Below, piece by piece: positions 9,175 through 17,544 of a stretch of 64,000 bases of DNA; the first letter of the stretch is position 1, and each line of letters starts with the position of its first letter. The notes under the pieces are model-generated. The model did not search any database, was not told the origin of the DNA, and was given only the letters and a program-made list of their open reading frames with translations. This DNA is from Chitinophagales bacterium. Lineage in GTDB: Bacteria > Bacteroidota > Bacteroidia > Chitinophagales > LD1. The stretch covers positions 215,933 to 279,932 of the forward strand of contig JBGAUW010000003.1 of assembly GCA_044228435.1 (NCBI GenBank), in the 5' to 3' direction. Position numbers and translations under genes: made by a program.

Positions 9175-10290
9175 ATGGAATCTGTTATATTGCATAAAAA
9201 ACCTATGAAATCAATACGGATCAACACCTTGTTTATACTAACGGTTACATTACTGTTTACTATTACCGGTTGCAAAAAAGCTGACGATACTTGCTCCAAC
9301 GGTTTACAAGATACCAACGAAACAGGAATAGATTGCGGTGGGGCCTGCCACTCTTGTTTAGATACCCTGCATATTTATGTGGCAGGCTACCTGCGCAAAA
9401 ATACGGACAAGATAGCCACATACTGGAAGGACGGAATAGCGGTAAGCCTTACAAACGGCACTTATGCCTCTGCAAACGATATTTTTGTGTTGGGTAACGA
9501 TGTGTATGTGGCCGGCTTTGATTATGGAAATAGCGGTTATGCTATAGCAAAGTATTGGAAAAATGGCACCGCGGTTACCTTAGGCAATATCAGCTCAGAG
9601 TCTTTTGCTAATTCTGTAGTTGTGGTCGGCAGCGACGTATATGTAGCCGGTTATGAAAATAACCTTGCCTGCTACTGGAAAAACGGAACCAAAGTTTCGC
9701 TGGCGCAAGGTGTGCAATCTTCGCAAGCCAGCACAATCGTTGTATCTGGTAGCGATATATATGTAGCGGGCTTTGAAAGTACCGGCACTAAAGGAATTGC
9801 TAAGTATTGGAAAAACGGGGTGGCCGTAAATCTGACTGATGGCACCTATGATGCCCAAGCGGACGATATATTTATAAGTGGTAATGATATATACTTGGCC
9901 GGCTATGAAATAAATGCACAGGGTTTTAGCGTTGCTAAATATTGGAAAAACGGTACTGCGGTATCATTAACCGACGGCACACCGGGCAATTCGATGGCAG
10001 CGGCCATTACTACAGATAATGGAGATATTTATGTGGCGGGATTTAAAAACATTAGTGGAGCTATGCGGGCTGTATACTGGAAGAATGAAATAGTAGTACC
10101 TTTACCGCAAGCAACTACTCCGGGTTATGCCAGCGAAATTATAGTTGCTGAAGGCGATGTATATGTGGCAGGTTGTGAACCTCAAGGTTCAGTAATGGCT
10201 GTAAAATATTGGAAAAACGGAGTGCCTGTTACAGTTTCCGATAGTACCTGGGATGCTTATTCTTCAGGTTTATTTATTGTACGGCAATAA
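9175..10290 (+). CDS. lipoprotein with Cys-rich module and seven YWKNG/YVAG repeats (beta-propeller-like)
   Basis: Has a lipobox (LLFTITGC), a 4-Cys module (CSNGLQDTNETGIDCGGACHSC) and seven ~45-aa repeats of D.YVAG(Y/F)...A.YWKNG..V.L. An alternative ATG start lies at 9205. Confidence 0.7.
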   Translation: MESVILHKKPMKSIRINTLFILTVTLLFTITGCKKADDTCSNGLQDTNETGIDCGGACHSCLDTLHIYVAGYLRKNTDKIATYWKDGIAVSLTNGTYASANDIFVLGNDVYVAGFDYGNSGYAIAKYWKNGTAVTLGNISSESFANSVVVVGSDVYVAGYENNLACYWKNGTKVSLAQGVQSSQASTIVVSGSDIYVAGFESTGTKGIAKYWKNGVAVNLTDGTYDAQADDIFISGNDIYLAGYEINAQGFSVAKYWKNGTAVSLTDGTPGNSMAAAITTDNGDIYVAGFKNISGAMRAVYWKNEIVVPLPQATTPGYASEIIVAEGDVYVAGCEPQGSVMAVKYWKNGVPVTVSDSTWDAYSSGLFIVRQ

Positions 10291-10303
10291 ACTTAAAGAA
10301 AGG

Positions 10304-11158
10304 CTACCCTCTCTTTCCCTTCCCCGGTGCCCGGCCATACTTCTTTTTATAAGCCGTGCTAAAATGCTGGGGCGAGGAGAAACCGAGGTCGAAAGCGATT
10401 TGCGTAAGCGATTTACCACCGGTGCCTATTAGCTCCTGCGCTTTTTGCAGGCGGTATTCATTCAGGTAGCTAAACACGGTATCTCCAAAAACCTCTTTAA
10501 AGCCCATTTTTAATTTAAGCAGGTTAATGCCGGCAATACGGGCAAGTTCGGGCAGCGAAGGCGGGTTGGCTGCTTGTTGTAAAATGTAAGTGCGGGCAAA
10601 CTCTATCCGCTCGCGGTCATAAGCCGTGCGACAGTGCTTCCATTTTTTCGCACCGCTTTTATCATACAGGTCGAACATATACAGCAGCATTTCCGGGGCC
10701 TTACCCAACAGCATCAGGGCGCGGTATTTTTCATCTACCGGTAGTTTTACTATATCGGAACAGATGCGGTCGATGGGCAAACTAACCGGCAAAGATTGAA
10801 GCAGCAGAACGCTTGGCTGCTGGTTTTTAATTGCTGCCACAAATGGTATTTTAACCAGGTCGAACTGCTGCATCAGTTCCATAAAATAGCCGGCCTCAAA
10901 TTGAACCACCACCATTTCGTTAAAGGTATCACGGTTGGTTACCGTGCCTTCGGCGCTTTGTGCATAAAACATGTTGCAGGTATTGGGGGCAAAGGCAATT
11001 GGTTTTTCGAGCCCTGCCAGTTGTAAATCTACCGCGCCGGTAAGGTTAACCACCAGGCTTACCATATTTTCGGTAGCCTTCCACTTGTAGGTGCTGGCTA
11101 TTTTGCCCGGTATGGCCAAATACCTGATAATAAGATGATTAAGCGACCATTGCCGCAT
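10304..11158 (-). CDS. AraC family transcriptional regulator
   Basis: C-terminal double HTH (LPELARIAGINLLKLKMGFKEVFG ... LTQIAFDLGFSSPQHFSTAYKKKYG). I prefer the ATG at 11158 over the track start at 11224. Confidence 0.85.
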   Translation of the reverse strand: MRQWSLNHLIIRYLAIPGKIASTYKWKATENMVSLVVNLTGAVDLQLAGLEKPIAFAPNTCNMFYAQSAEGTVTNRDTFNEMVVVQFEAGYFMELMQQFDLVKIPFVAAIKNQQPSVLLLQSLPVSLPIDRICSDIVKLPVDEKYRALMLLGKAPEMLLYMFDLYDKSGAKKWKHCRTAYDRERIEFARTYILQQAANPPSLPELARIAGINLLKLKMGFKEVFGDTVFSYLNEYRLQKAQELIGTGGKSLTQIAFDLGFSSPQHFSTAYKKKYGRAPGKGKRG

Positions 11159-11274
11159 TTTTAGTGCTCTTGCTTTCAATATTAATACTTTTAATATAAG
11201 TATATATACTGTAAATATAACCAAATTATAGTAAAGCCAGCCATCTTTGCATCACAAAATTAAAACAATAAGCC

Positions 11275-11964
11275 ATGGTTAACTTTAAAAAACTAAAACA
11301 GCTCATCACCATACAAGGCAGCGGAAACATAGTTTCGAAGGAGTTTGAAATAAGTTCTTTTATGCGGTTGCACATCGGCGTTCAGGGCAATGCCGAGCTT
11401 ATTCAATCGGATGTAGAAAAGGTAGTAATAGAATGCGACGATAACCTGCTCGATACCTTTGAAGTGGTTAATTCGGGCAGCACGCTATATATACTTTCCG
11501 ACGCAAAAATACGAACCCCGGCCTACACCCATTGCCTGGTAAAAGTGTATTATCGGCAAATGGACACGCTGGTAAATAGCTGCAACGGTAACTTAAACAT
11601 TACCCAACCGCTAAAGCTTACTACCCCGCTGGAATTAAAACTACAAGCCAATGGCAATACCACCCTGCAACTGGATGTGCCGGCGCTTAAACTTAAAAAC
11701 CAAAGCAATGGTAATGTAACCCTAAGCGGAAAGTGCAGCGAGCTGGATATTAAAAACCAGGCCAACGGTAACCTGAATTGCCGCGACCTGATGGCCGACG
11801 TAGTAACCATTAAAAATCTTGCAAACGGCAACGTAGATATTCGCTCGCAGCAGAATATTTCCCTCTACCACTTGGGCAATGGCTATGTGCACTATTACGG
11901 CAAGGGAGTTTTAAAAGATGTAAAGCAGCTTGGGGTGGGGGCGGTAAAACATGTAAATGAATAG
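11275..11964 (+). CDS. DUF2807 / GIN-domain (adhesin-head-like beta-helix) protein
   Basis: Pattern IQGSGNIVSKEFEISSF...V.IECDDNLLD...V.NSG.TLYI, followed by repeated (A/S)NGN(V/L) rungs. No obvious signal peptide. Confidence 0.65.
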   Translation: MVNFKKLKQLITIQGSGNIVSKEFEISSFMRLHIGVQGNAELIQSDVEKVVIECDDNLLDTFEVVNSGSTLYILSDAKIRTPAYTHCLVKVYYRQMDTLVNSCNGNLNITQPLKLTTPLELKLQANGNTTLQLDVPALKLKNQSNGNVTLSGKCSELDIKNQANGNLNCRDLMADVVTIKNLANGNVDIRSQQNISLYHLGNGYVHYYGKGVLKDVKQLGVGAVKHVNE

Positions 11965-12137
11965 GGTGCCCGCTTTAAACGGAATTGGCTGTTTAAGCCT
12001 GCCAACTTTTCAATAGTTGACCGATAGTCATCTAAATTCAGCCAATTGGCGTCAATTTGTCCTTTCTGGGTTAAAAGGCAAAAAAATTGATATTCGCACC
12101 CTACCGAAATGTTTTTCGGGTTAAAAACGTATGCGCC

Positions 12138-12818
12138 ATGGAAGAAAATACAGAAAAATCGGAAAAAGAGAACCTTAAAGATAAGGTGGAGGACATTAAA
12201 AACCAGGTAACAGATAAGGCCGGCGAGTTTGCAGCCGATGCCAAAGAAAAAGCAGAAACGTTTGCCGGCAAAACTCTGGATGCTGCCGAAAAGCTCTTAA
12301 ACGACGTATTTAAGAAGAACAAGCCCGAAGACGCCGACTACGAAGAAGAAAAAACCGACCCGAAGGATATTGAAATTGCCGAGCTAAAGCGCGAAATAGA
12401 AGAACAACGCGATAAGTATGTGCGCCTGTATGCCGATTTTGATAATGCGAGAAAGCGCATGGCCAAAGAAAAACTGGAATTAATCTCTACCGCATCGAAA
12501 GATGTGGTGAAGGACTTGCTACCGGTGTTGGATGATTTTGAGCGTGCCCAAAAAGCGGTTGAAAAATCGAACGATTTAAATGCCCTTAAAGAAGGCCTGG
12601 CTTTAGTTTACAGCAAGTTTAGCAACACCCTTGCCGCTAAAGGCCTTAAGCCCATGGATAGCGTAGGCAAAGAGTTTGACGTAAACAACCACGAAGCCAT
12701 TACCGAAATACCGGCCCCCACACCAGAGCTTGCCGGCAAGGTGATAGACGAAGTGGAAAAAGGCTATTACTTAAACGACAAAATTATCCGCTTCGCAAAG
12801 GTTGTCGTTGGAAAATAA
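12138..12818 (+). CDS. grpE: nucleotide exchange factor GrpE
   Basis: GrpE core (YVRLYADFDNARKRMAKE...LLPVLDDFERA...HEAI). I prefer the ATG at 12138 (MEENTEK) over the TTG track start at 12087. It has a long acidic N-terminal extension. Confidence 0.9.
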   Translation: MEENTEKSEKENLKDKVEDIKNQVTDKAGEFAADAKEKAETFAGKTLDAAEKLLNDVFKKNKPEDADYEEEKTDPKDIEIAELKREIEEQRDKYVRLYADFDNARKRMAKEKLELISTASKDVVKDLLPVLDDFERAQKAVEKSNDLNALKEGLALVYSKFSNTLAAKGLKPMDSVGKEFDVNNHEAITEIPAPTPELAGKVIDEVEKGYYLNDKIIRFAKVVVGK

Positions 12819-12936
12819 AACTTCCTATACCCACAAAGAAAAGGGCTTACATATAGATTAAATGATTAAAAAATCATCATAAAAAGAAAAACTCTCAAAG
12901 TCCCCTTTAGGGGATTTAGGGGTGGGGCTTAGGATT

Positions 12937-14112
12937 ATGGCAAAGAGAGACTACTACGAAATTTTAGGTGTTACCAAAAGCGCGTCGACTGAGGAGATTA
13001 AGAAGGCATACCGTAAGGTAGCCTTACAATTTCACCCGGACCGTAACCAGGGCGATAAAGCAGCCGAAGAAAAATTTAAAGAGGCTGCAGAGGCTTACGA
13101 AATTTTGAGCGATGCTCAGAAGAAAAGCAAGTACGACCAGTTTGGCCATGCCGGTATGGATCCAAGTAACTTTGGCGGCCATAGCTACCAGGGTAACATG
13201 GAGGATATCTTCCGCAACTTTGGCGATATTTTTGGCGGTGGCGGCGGCGGTGGCTTCGACCCTTTTGAAACTATTTTTGGTGGCGGCGGTGGCAGAGGCC
13301 AGCAACGCACGCGCGGCAAACGTGGCAGCAATCTGCGCGTGCGCGTAAAGCTTAGTTTAATAGATGTAGCCAACGGGGTGCGCAAAAGCCTGAAGGTTAA
13401 AAAACATATACAGTGCCATACCTGCAACGGCAGCGGCGCTAAAGATGCTAACTCCGTAGGCAAGTGTACGGTATGCGGTGGCAACGGTGTTGTGCGCAAA
13501 GTGCAAAACACCATTTTAGGCCAAATGCAAACTACTACTACCTGCTACCAGTGCAATGGCAGCGGACAGCAGATAACTAAAAAGTGCGGCACCTGTAACG
13601 GACTTGGTGTTGAATATGGTGAAGAAACAATTAGCGTAGATATACCGGCCGGTGTGCAGGATGGTATGCAGCTAAGCATGGGCGGAAAAGGCAACGCCGG
13701 TGAACAAGGCGGCCCCGCAGGCGATTTAATTATACAAATAGAAGTAGAGCAACACGCCGAGTTAGAAATAGACGGACAGAACGTAATTTACAATTTGCAT
13801 GTAAGCTTTATTGATGCTGTGTTAGGCAGCCAAATAGAAGTGCCTACCATTGAGGGCAAAGCGAAGTTTAAAATACCTGCCGGTACACAAGCCGGTAAAA
13901 TATTTAAACTGGCAGGCAAAGGTTTACCATCGGTAAACAGCTATGGCCGTGGCGACCAGCTGATACTAATAAACGTTTATACCCCAACCGATATTACCAG
14001 CGAAGAGCGCAAGCTGCTTGAAAAGCTACGCGAAGCACCCAACTTTAAACCCAAGCCCGGCGTAAAGCAAGAGCGTGGCTTTTTTGATAGGGTAAAGGAT
14101 ATGTTTGAGTAA
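12937..14112 (+). CDS. dnaJ: molecular chaperone DnaJ (type I)
   Basis: J-domain ([10 protein letters not shown]...HPD), a Gly/Phe-rich region and four CxxCxGxG zinc-finger motifs ([32 protein letters not shown]). ATG at 12937. Confidence 0.95.
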   Translation: MAKRDYYEILGVTKSASTEEIKKAYRKVALQFHPDRNQGDKAAEEKFKEAAEAYEILSDAQKKSKYDQFGHAGMDPSNFGGHSYQGNMEDIFRNFGDIFGGGGGGGFDPFETIFGGGGGRGQQRTRGKRGSNLRVRVKLSLIDVANGVRKSLKVKKHIQCHTCNGSGAKDANSVGKCTVCGGNGVVRKVQNTILGQMQTTTTCYQCNGSGQQITKKCGTCNGLGVEYGEETISVDIPAGVQDGMQLSMGGKGNAGEQGGPAGDLIIQIEVEQHAELEIDGQNVIYNLHVSFIDAVLGSQIEVPTIEGKAKFKIPAGTQAGKIFKLAGKGLPSVNSYGRGDQLILINVYTPTDITSEERKLLEKLREAPNFKPKPGVKQERGFFDRVKDMFE

Positions 14113-14315
14113 GCTGTCCATTGACGATTGACAATAGCAACAGCCTTAGAGCTACATTAAGAAACAAGCGCTAAGGCTGTTGGCTGTTAATGTCCCTCTC
14201 GCGCAGAGGGTGGTTTAGCGAAGCGAAATTGGGAGAGGAGTGAATCTTTAAAATAAAGCACTGTATTAACTACAAGCATTTACGTCTGCTCTAAATCTAA
14301 ATTACAAAAGACCTT

Positions 14316-15689
14316 TTACCCAAACAATTCCTCCATTAACTGCTGCACGCGGCTGATGTACACAATTTCAATATTGAACTTCTTCGTATCAATCTTCTGA
14401 TTGAACTTGCTTACAAATATTTTTTCAAAACCCAGTTTATCAGCCTCCGATATGCGTTGGTCTACCCGGCTTACGGTGCGTACCTCGCCACTAAGGCCTA
14501 CCTCGGCAGCAAAAGCAACTTTATTGCTAACCGGTATATCGTTATAACTGCTGCATAATGCGGCCATTACCGCAAGGTCAATAGCAGGGTCTTCTACCCG
14601 CATGCCACCGGCTATATTTAAAAACACATCCTTAGTCCCAAATCGGAAACCCGCGCGTTTCTCCAATACAGCCAACAACATATTCATACGCCTTGCATCA
14701 AACCCGGTAGCTGAGCGCTGTGGGGTACCGTAAAAGGCAGGTGTAACCAATGCCTGTGTTTCAATTAAAAACGGGCGCATACCTTCCATCATACTGGCTA
14801 TGGCAATACCGCTCAGGTTATCGTCGCGCTGCGTAAGCATTATTTCCGATGGGTTAAGCACCGGTCGCAGACCCTCGCCTATCATTTCGTAAATACCAAT
14901 TTCGCTGGTGCTGCCAAAGCGGTTTTTAGTAGTGCGCAAAATGCGGTAAGTGTAGTTTCGGTCACCTTCAAACTGCAACACCGTATCTACTATATGCTCC
15001 AGCACTTTAGGTCCGGCTATCATACCATCTTTGGTAATGTGGCCTATAAGAAAGATAGGGATGGCGCTTTCTTTTGCATAGCGCATTAACTCGGCTGTAC
15101 ACTCACGCACCTGGCTAACGCTACCGGGGGTAGATTCTACATAAACAGTATGCAACGTTTGTATCGAATCAATTACTATTATTTCAGGTTGCAATTCTTC
15201 GGCCTGTTTAAATATTTGCTGGGTATTGGTTTCGGTTAATATAAAGCACTGGTCGTTTTTAATACCTACGCGGTCGGCGCGCAGTTTAATTTGCCGGTCG
15301 CTTTCTTCACCGGTTACATACAATACCTTTTTGCCTTGCAGGTTAAGGGCCAGTTGCAACATAAGGGTAGATTTACCAATACCAGGCTCCCCTCCTATTA
15401 ATATTAAACTGCCTAATACTATGCCCCCGCCCAACACACGGTTCAACTCGCTATCTTTTGTATCAATGCGCTGCGTTTCCAGTTCATGCACATCTTTTAT
15501 CGATACTGGTACGGCAGCCTCGTTCTTCTTGGTAGCATAACCGCGTTTCTCTTTCAGCTTTTCTTCTTCTTTATCAACCTTCTCCTCGGCGTATGTATTC
15601 CACTCGTTGCAGGCTGGGCACTTGCCAATCCACTTTGGGCTTTGGTTACCACAGTTTTGGCAGAAATAAATGGTTTTGCTTTTGCTCAT
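14316..15689 (-). CDS. radA: DNA repair protein RadA
   Basis: N-terminal zinc ribbon (YFCQNCG...KCPACNEWN), Walker A (GGEPGIGKST), a KNRFG motif and a Lon-like C-terminal domain. I prefer the ATG at 15689. Confidence 0.95.
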   Translation of the reverse strand: MSKSKTIYFCQNCGNQSPKWIGKCPACNEWNTYAEEKVDKEEEKLKEKRGYATKKNEAAVPVSIKDVHELETQRIDTKDSELNRVLGGGIVLGSLILIGGEPGIGKSTLMLQLALNLQGKKVLYVTGEESDRQIKLRADRVGIKNDQCFILTETNTQQIFKQAEELQPEIIVIDSIQTLHTVYVESTPGSVSQVRECTAELMRYAKESAIPIFLIGHITKDGMIAGPKVLEHIVDTVLQFEGDRNYTYRILRTTKNRFGSTSEIGIYEMIGEGLRPVLNPSEIMLTQRDDNLSGIAIASMMEGMRPFLIETQALVTPAFYGTPQRSATGFDARRMNMLLAVLEKRAGFRFGTKDVFLNIAGGMRVEDPAIDLAVMAALCSSYNDIPVSNKVAFAAEVGLSGEVRTVSRVDQRISEADKLGFEKIFVSKFNQKIDTKKFNIEIVYISRVQQLMEELFG

Positions 15690-15707
15690 ATAGGCCACAA
15701 AATACAA

Positions 15708-15738
15708 AACCCGAACGCAATGTATCTGCGTTCGGGTT
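15708..15738 (-). terminator. rho-independent terminator of the collagen-like gene
   Basis: 12-bp stem AACCCGAACGCA / TGCGTTCGGGTT with a 7-nt loop. On the minus strand it is followed by TTTTGTATTTT. Confidence 0.7.
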
Positions 15739-15763
15739 TCTTAAAATAGGTTTTTATTAAATT

Positions 15764-17386
15764 TTATTGTTCGTAAAGTATAACAGCCTTGTAAGGTTTG
15801 CCTACAATACCTAATGAGTTTAGCAAGGTGGTCTGTACTTCAAACACACCGTTTTTTAGGGTATAGCTGTATTCCACGTTAGAAAGCACGCCCCCTAACA
15901 GATTGGTAAGCGGCGCAATAACTCCTTTAACGGGGTCAATGGCAGATACCATTACCTGTAACACCTTTCCGTCTGCAATACCTGTGTTAGTAGCAGTAGC
16001 ACTATTCGCCCCCGGCATAGTGCCCTCTACTTTCATCATTTTAATCATGGGTGCGTTGCTACCACCAAGACGCGTAAAGCCATTCACATCTAAATCTGCC
16101 TGCGGGTTAGGATTGTTAATACCCACTTTGCCCGGGTTATTGTTGTATATGTTGTTTCCGCTACGGCTCCAAACGGAATCAGCTACACCTGTAGGGCCCT
16201 GTGCACCAGTAGCACCTTTTTCGCCTGTTTCGCCCTTAGGGCCTGTAGCTCCTGCCGGGCCTGCTACGCTTACGCCATTCACACCTGGCACCCCTTGTGG
16301 GCCTTGCTCTCCGGTTGCACCTTTTTCTCCCTGCTCTCCGGTTGCACCTTTTTCTCCCTGCGCTCCGGTTGCACCTTTTTCTCCTTGTACCCCTGTATCC
16401 CCCTTAGCGCCCGTGTCGCCCTGTGCTCCTGTGTCACCTTTAGCTCCTGTATCTCCCTTTGCACCGGTATCCCCTTGGGGACCTTTAGTGCCTTGCGCAC
16501 CGGTAACACCTATAGGGCCTTGTGGTCCGGTAGCGCCAACTTCGCCTTGCGCACCGGTATCACCCTTTGCACCAGTGTCGCCCTTATCACCCTGCGCTCC
16601 GGTGTCACCTTTTGCTCCTGTATCACCCTGTGCACCGGTATCGCCTTTTGGCCCGGTATCACCGGTAGTTCCTATTACTCCATCTGCACCGGCTGGCCCA
16701 ACAGGACCTTGTGGGCCTGTGTCGCCTTTATCACCAGTATCACCTTTTGGTCCTTGTATACCATCGGCGCCTGTATCACCTACTGGCCCTTGCAATCCTG
16801 TAGCCCCGGTAACACCTTGTACACCAGCAGGCCCTTGTGGACCTATAGGTCCGGCCGGCCCCACTGGCCCTTGCGGACCAACAGCACCATTAATGCCCGG
16901 GGCACCAGGTGCGCCGGTTGCTCCTGCAATACCCTGCAATCCTGTAGGGCCGGTTGGGCCTGGTGTAGAACTGCCGGAGCTTACCGCATATAAAGCATAA
17001 GGCACACTTAATAGTTGGGTAGTACCCATATCCGAATAAGCAGTACCACCGGTAATATCGGTTTCAACCTGCATAAACTTGCTGCCGTTGCCCCAGTTAA
17101 TGCCGCCAAGGCTGCCTACGCTAATAGAGCCACCACCAACAATTACGGTTATAATGCCGAATTGATTGGGAAACACGGTATCGGTTTGCTGAAATATAAC
17201 AGGTCCGTTAGCCGTAGTATCATGTATGGTAAACCGCATACTTACGGGCTGGTTTTGAATAATGTTGCCCATAGCATCGCGCACTACCGCCTGGTAGCCA
17301 AAGCCCTGGGGAACATTATTAGCTGCAAAATTGGTAAAGTACGTGCATAGTAATGCAACGAGAAGGAGTGGGTAATTTTTCCGCAT
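15764..17386 (-). CDS. secreted collagen-like triple-helix-repeat protein
   Basis: Signal peptide ([15 protein letters not shown]), a ~140-aa N-terminal domain and ~85 Gly-X-Y triplets (aa 143-399) with one 2-residue break. A ~140-aa C-terminal globular domain follows. Confidence 0.85.
   Translation of the reverse strand: MRKNYPLLLVALLCTYFTNFAANNVPQGFGYQAVVRDAMGNIIQNQPVSMRFTIHDTTANGPVIFQQTDTVFPNQFGIITVIVGGGSISVGSLGGINWGNGSKFMQVETDITGGTAYSDMGTTQLLSVPYALYAVSSGSSTPGPTGPTGLQGIAGATGAPGAPGINGAVGPQGPVGPAGPIGPQGPAGVQGVTGATGLQGPVGDTGADGIQGPKGDTGDKGDTGPQGPVGPAGADGVIGTTGDTGPKGDTGAQGDTGAKGDTGAQGDKGDTGAKGDTGAQGEVGATGPQGPIGVTGAQGTKGPQGDTGAKGDTGAKGDTGAQGDTGAKGDTGVQGEKGATGAQGEKGATGEQGEKGATGEQGPQGVPGVNGVSVAGPAGATGPKGETGEKGATGAQGPTGVADSVWSRSGNNIYNNNPGKVGINNPNPQADLDVNGFTRLGGSNAPMIKMMKVEGTMPGANSATATNTGIADGKVLQVMVSAIDPVKGVIAPLTNLLGGVLSNVEYSYTLKNGVFEVQTTLLNSLGIVGKPYKAVILYEQ
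16190..16960 (-). repeat. Gly-X-Y coding repeat region (9/18/27-bp periodic DNA repeats)
   Basis: By hand count, 76 uninterrupted GXY triplets, one further GVS triplet, a 2-residue VA break and 8 more triplets. It includes three near-identical 27-bp units at 16309-16389. Confidence 0.85.
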
Positions 17387-17544
17387 AGTGATAAGTTGAT
17401 TAACAATAAAAACAGTCAGGTTTAGTAAATGAAAAAAAATGACCGAAGGCTTTTGAACGCATATATTCAGGTAAACGTGTTTTGATAATTTTTTTTAGTT
17501 TCTGGAACCCTTTGTGTTTTGTTTCCGTAAATACTACACATTGT

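Noticed and set aside
11965-12137. Looked for a CIRCE (TTAGCACTC-N9-GAGTGCTAA) heat-shock operator upstream of grpE-dnaJ
   Set aside because: No such inverted repeat is present. There is only a small CCGAAA-tgtt-TTTCGG hairpin just upstream of the start, which is insufficient to call a regulatory element.
13185-13514. 109-aa Pro-rich minus-strand ORF inside dnaJ
   Set aside because: It is the antisense of the Gly/Phe-rich linker (GGN codons), so a shadow ORF.
15903-17000. 365-aa plus-strand ORF (Pro/Ala/Val-rich), with a 232-aa ORF at 16295-16993
   Set aside because: These are antisense shadows of the Gly-X-Y repeat. GGN-rich codons read backwards give NCC (Pro/Ala/Ser/Thr) without stops. 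They have no signal or domain logic of their own.
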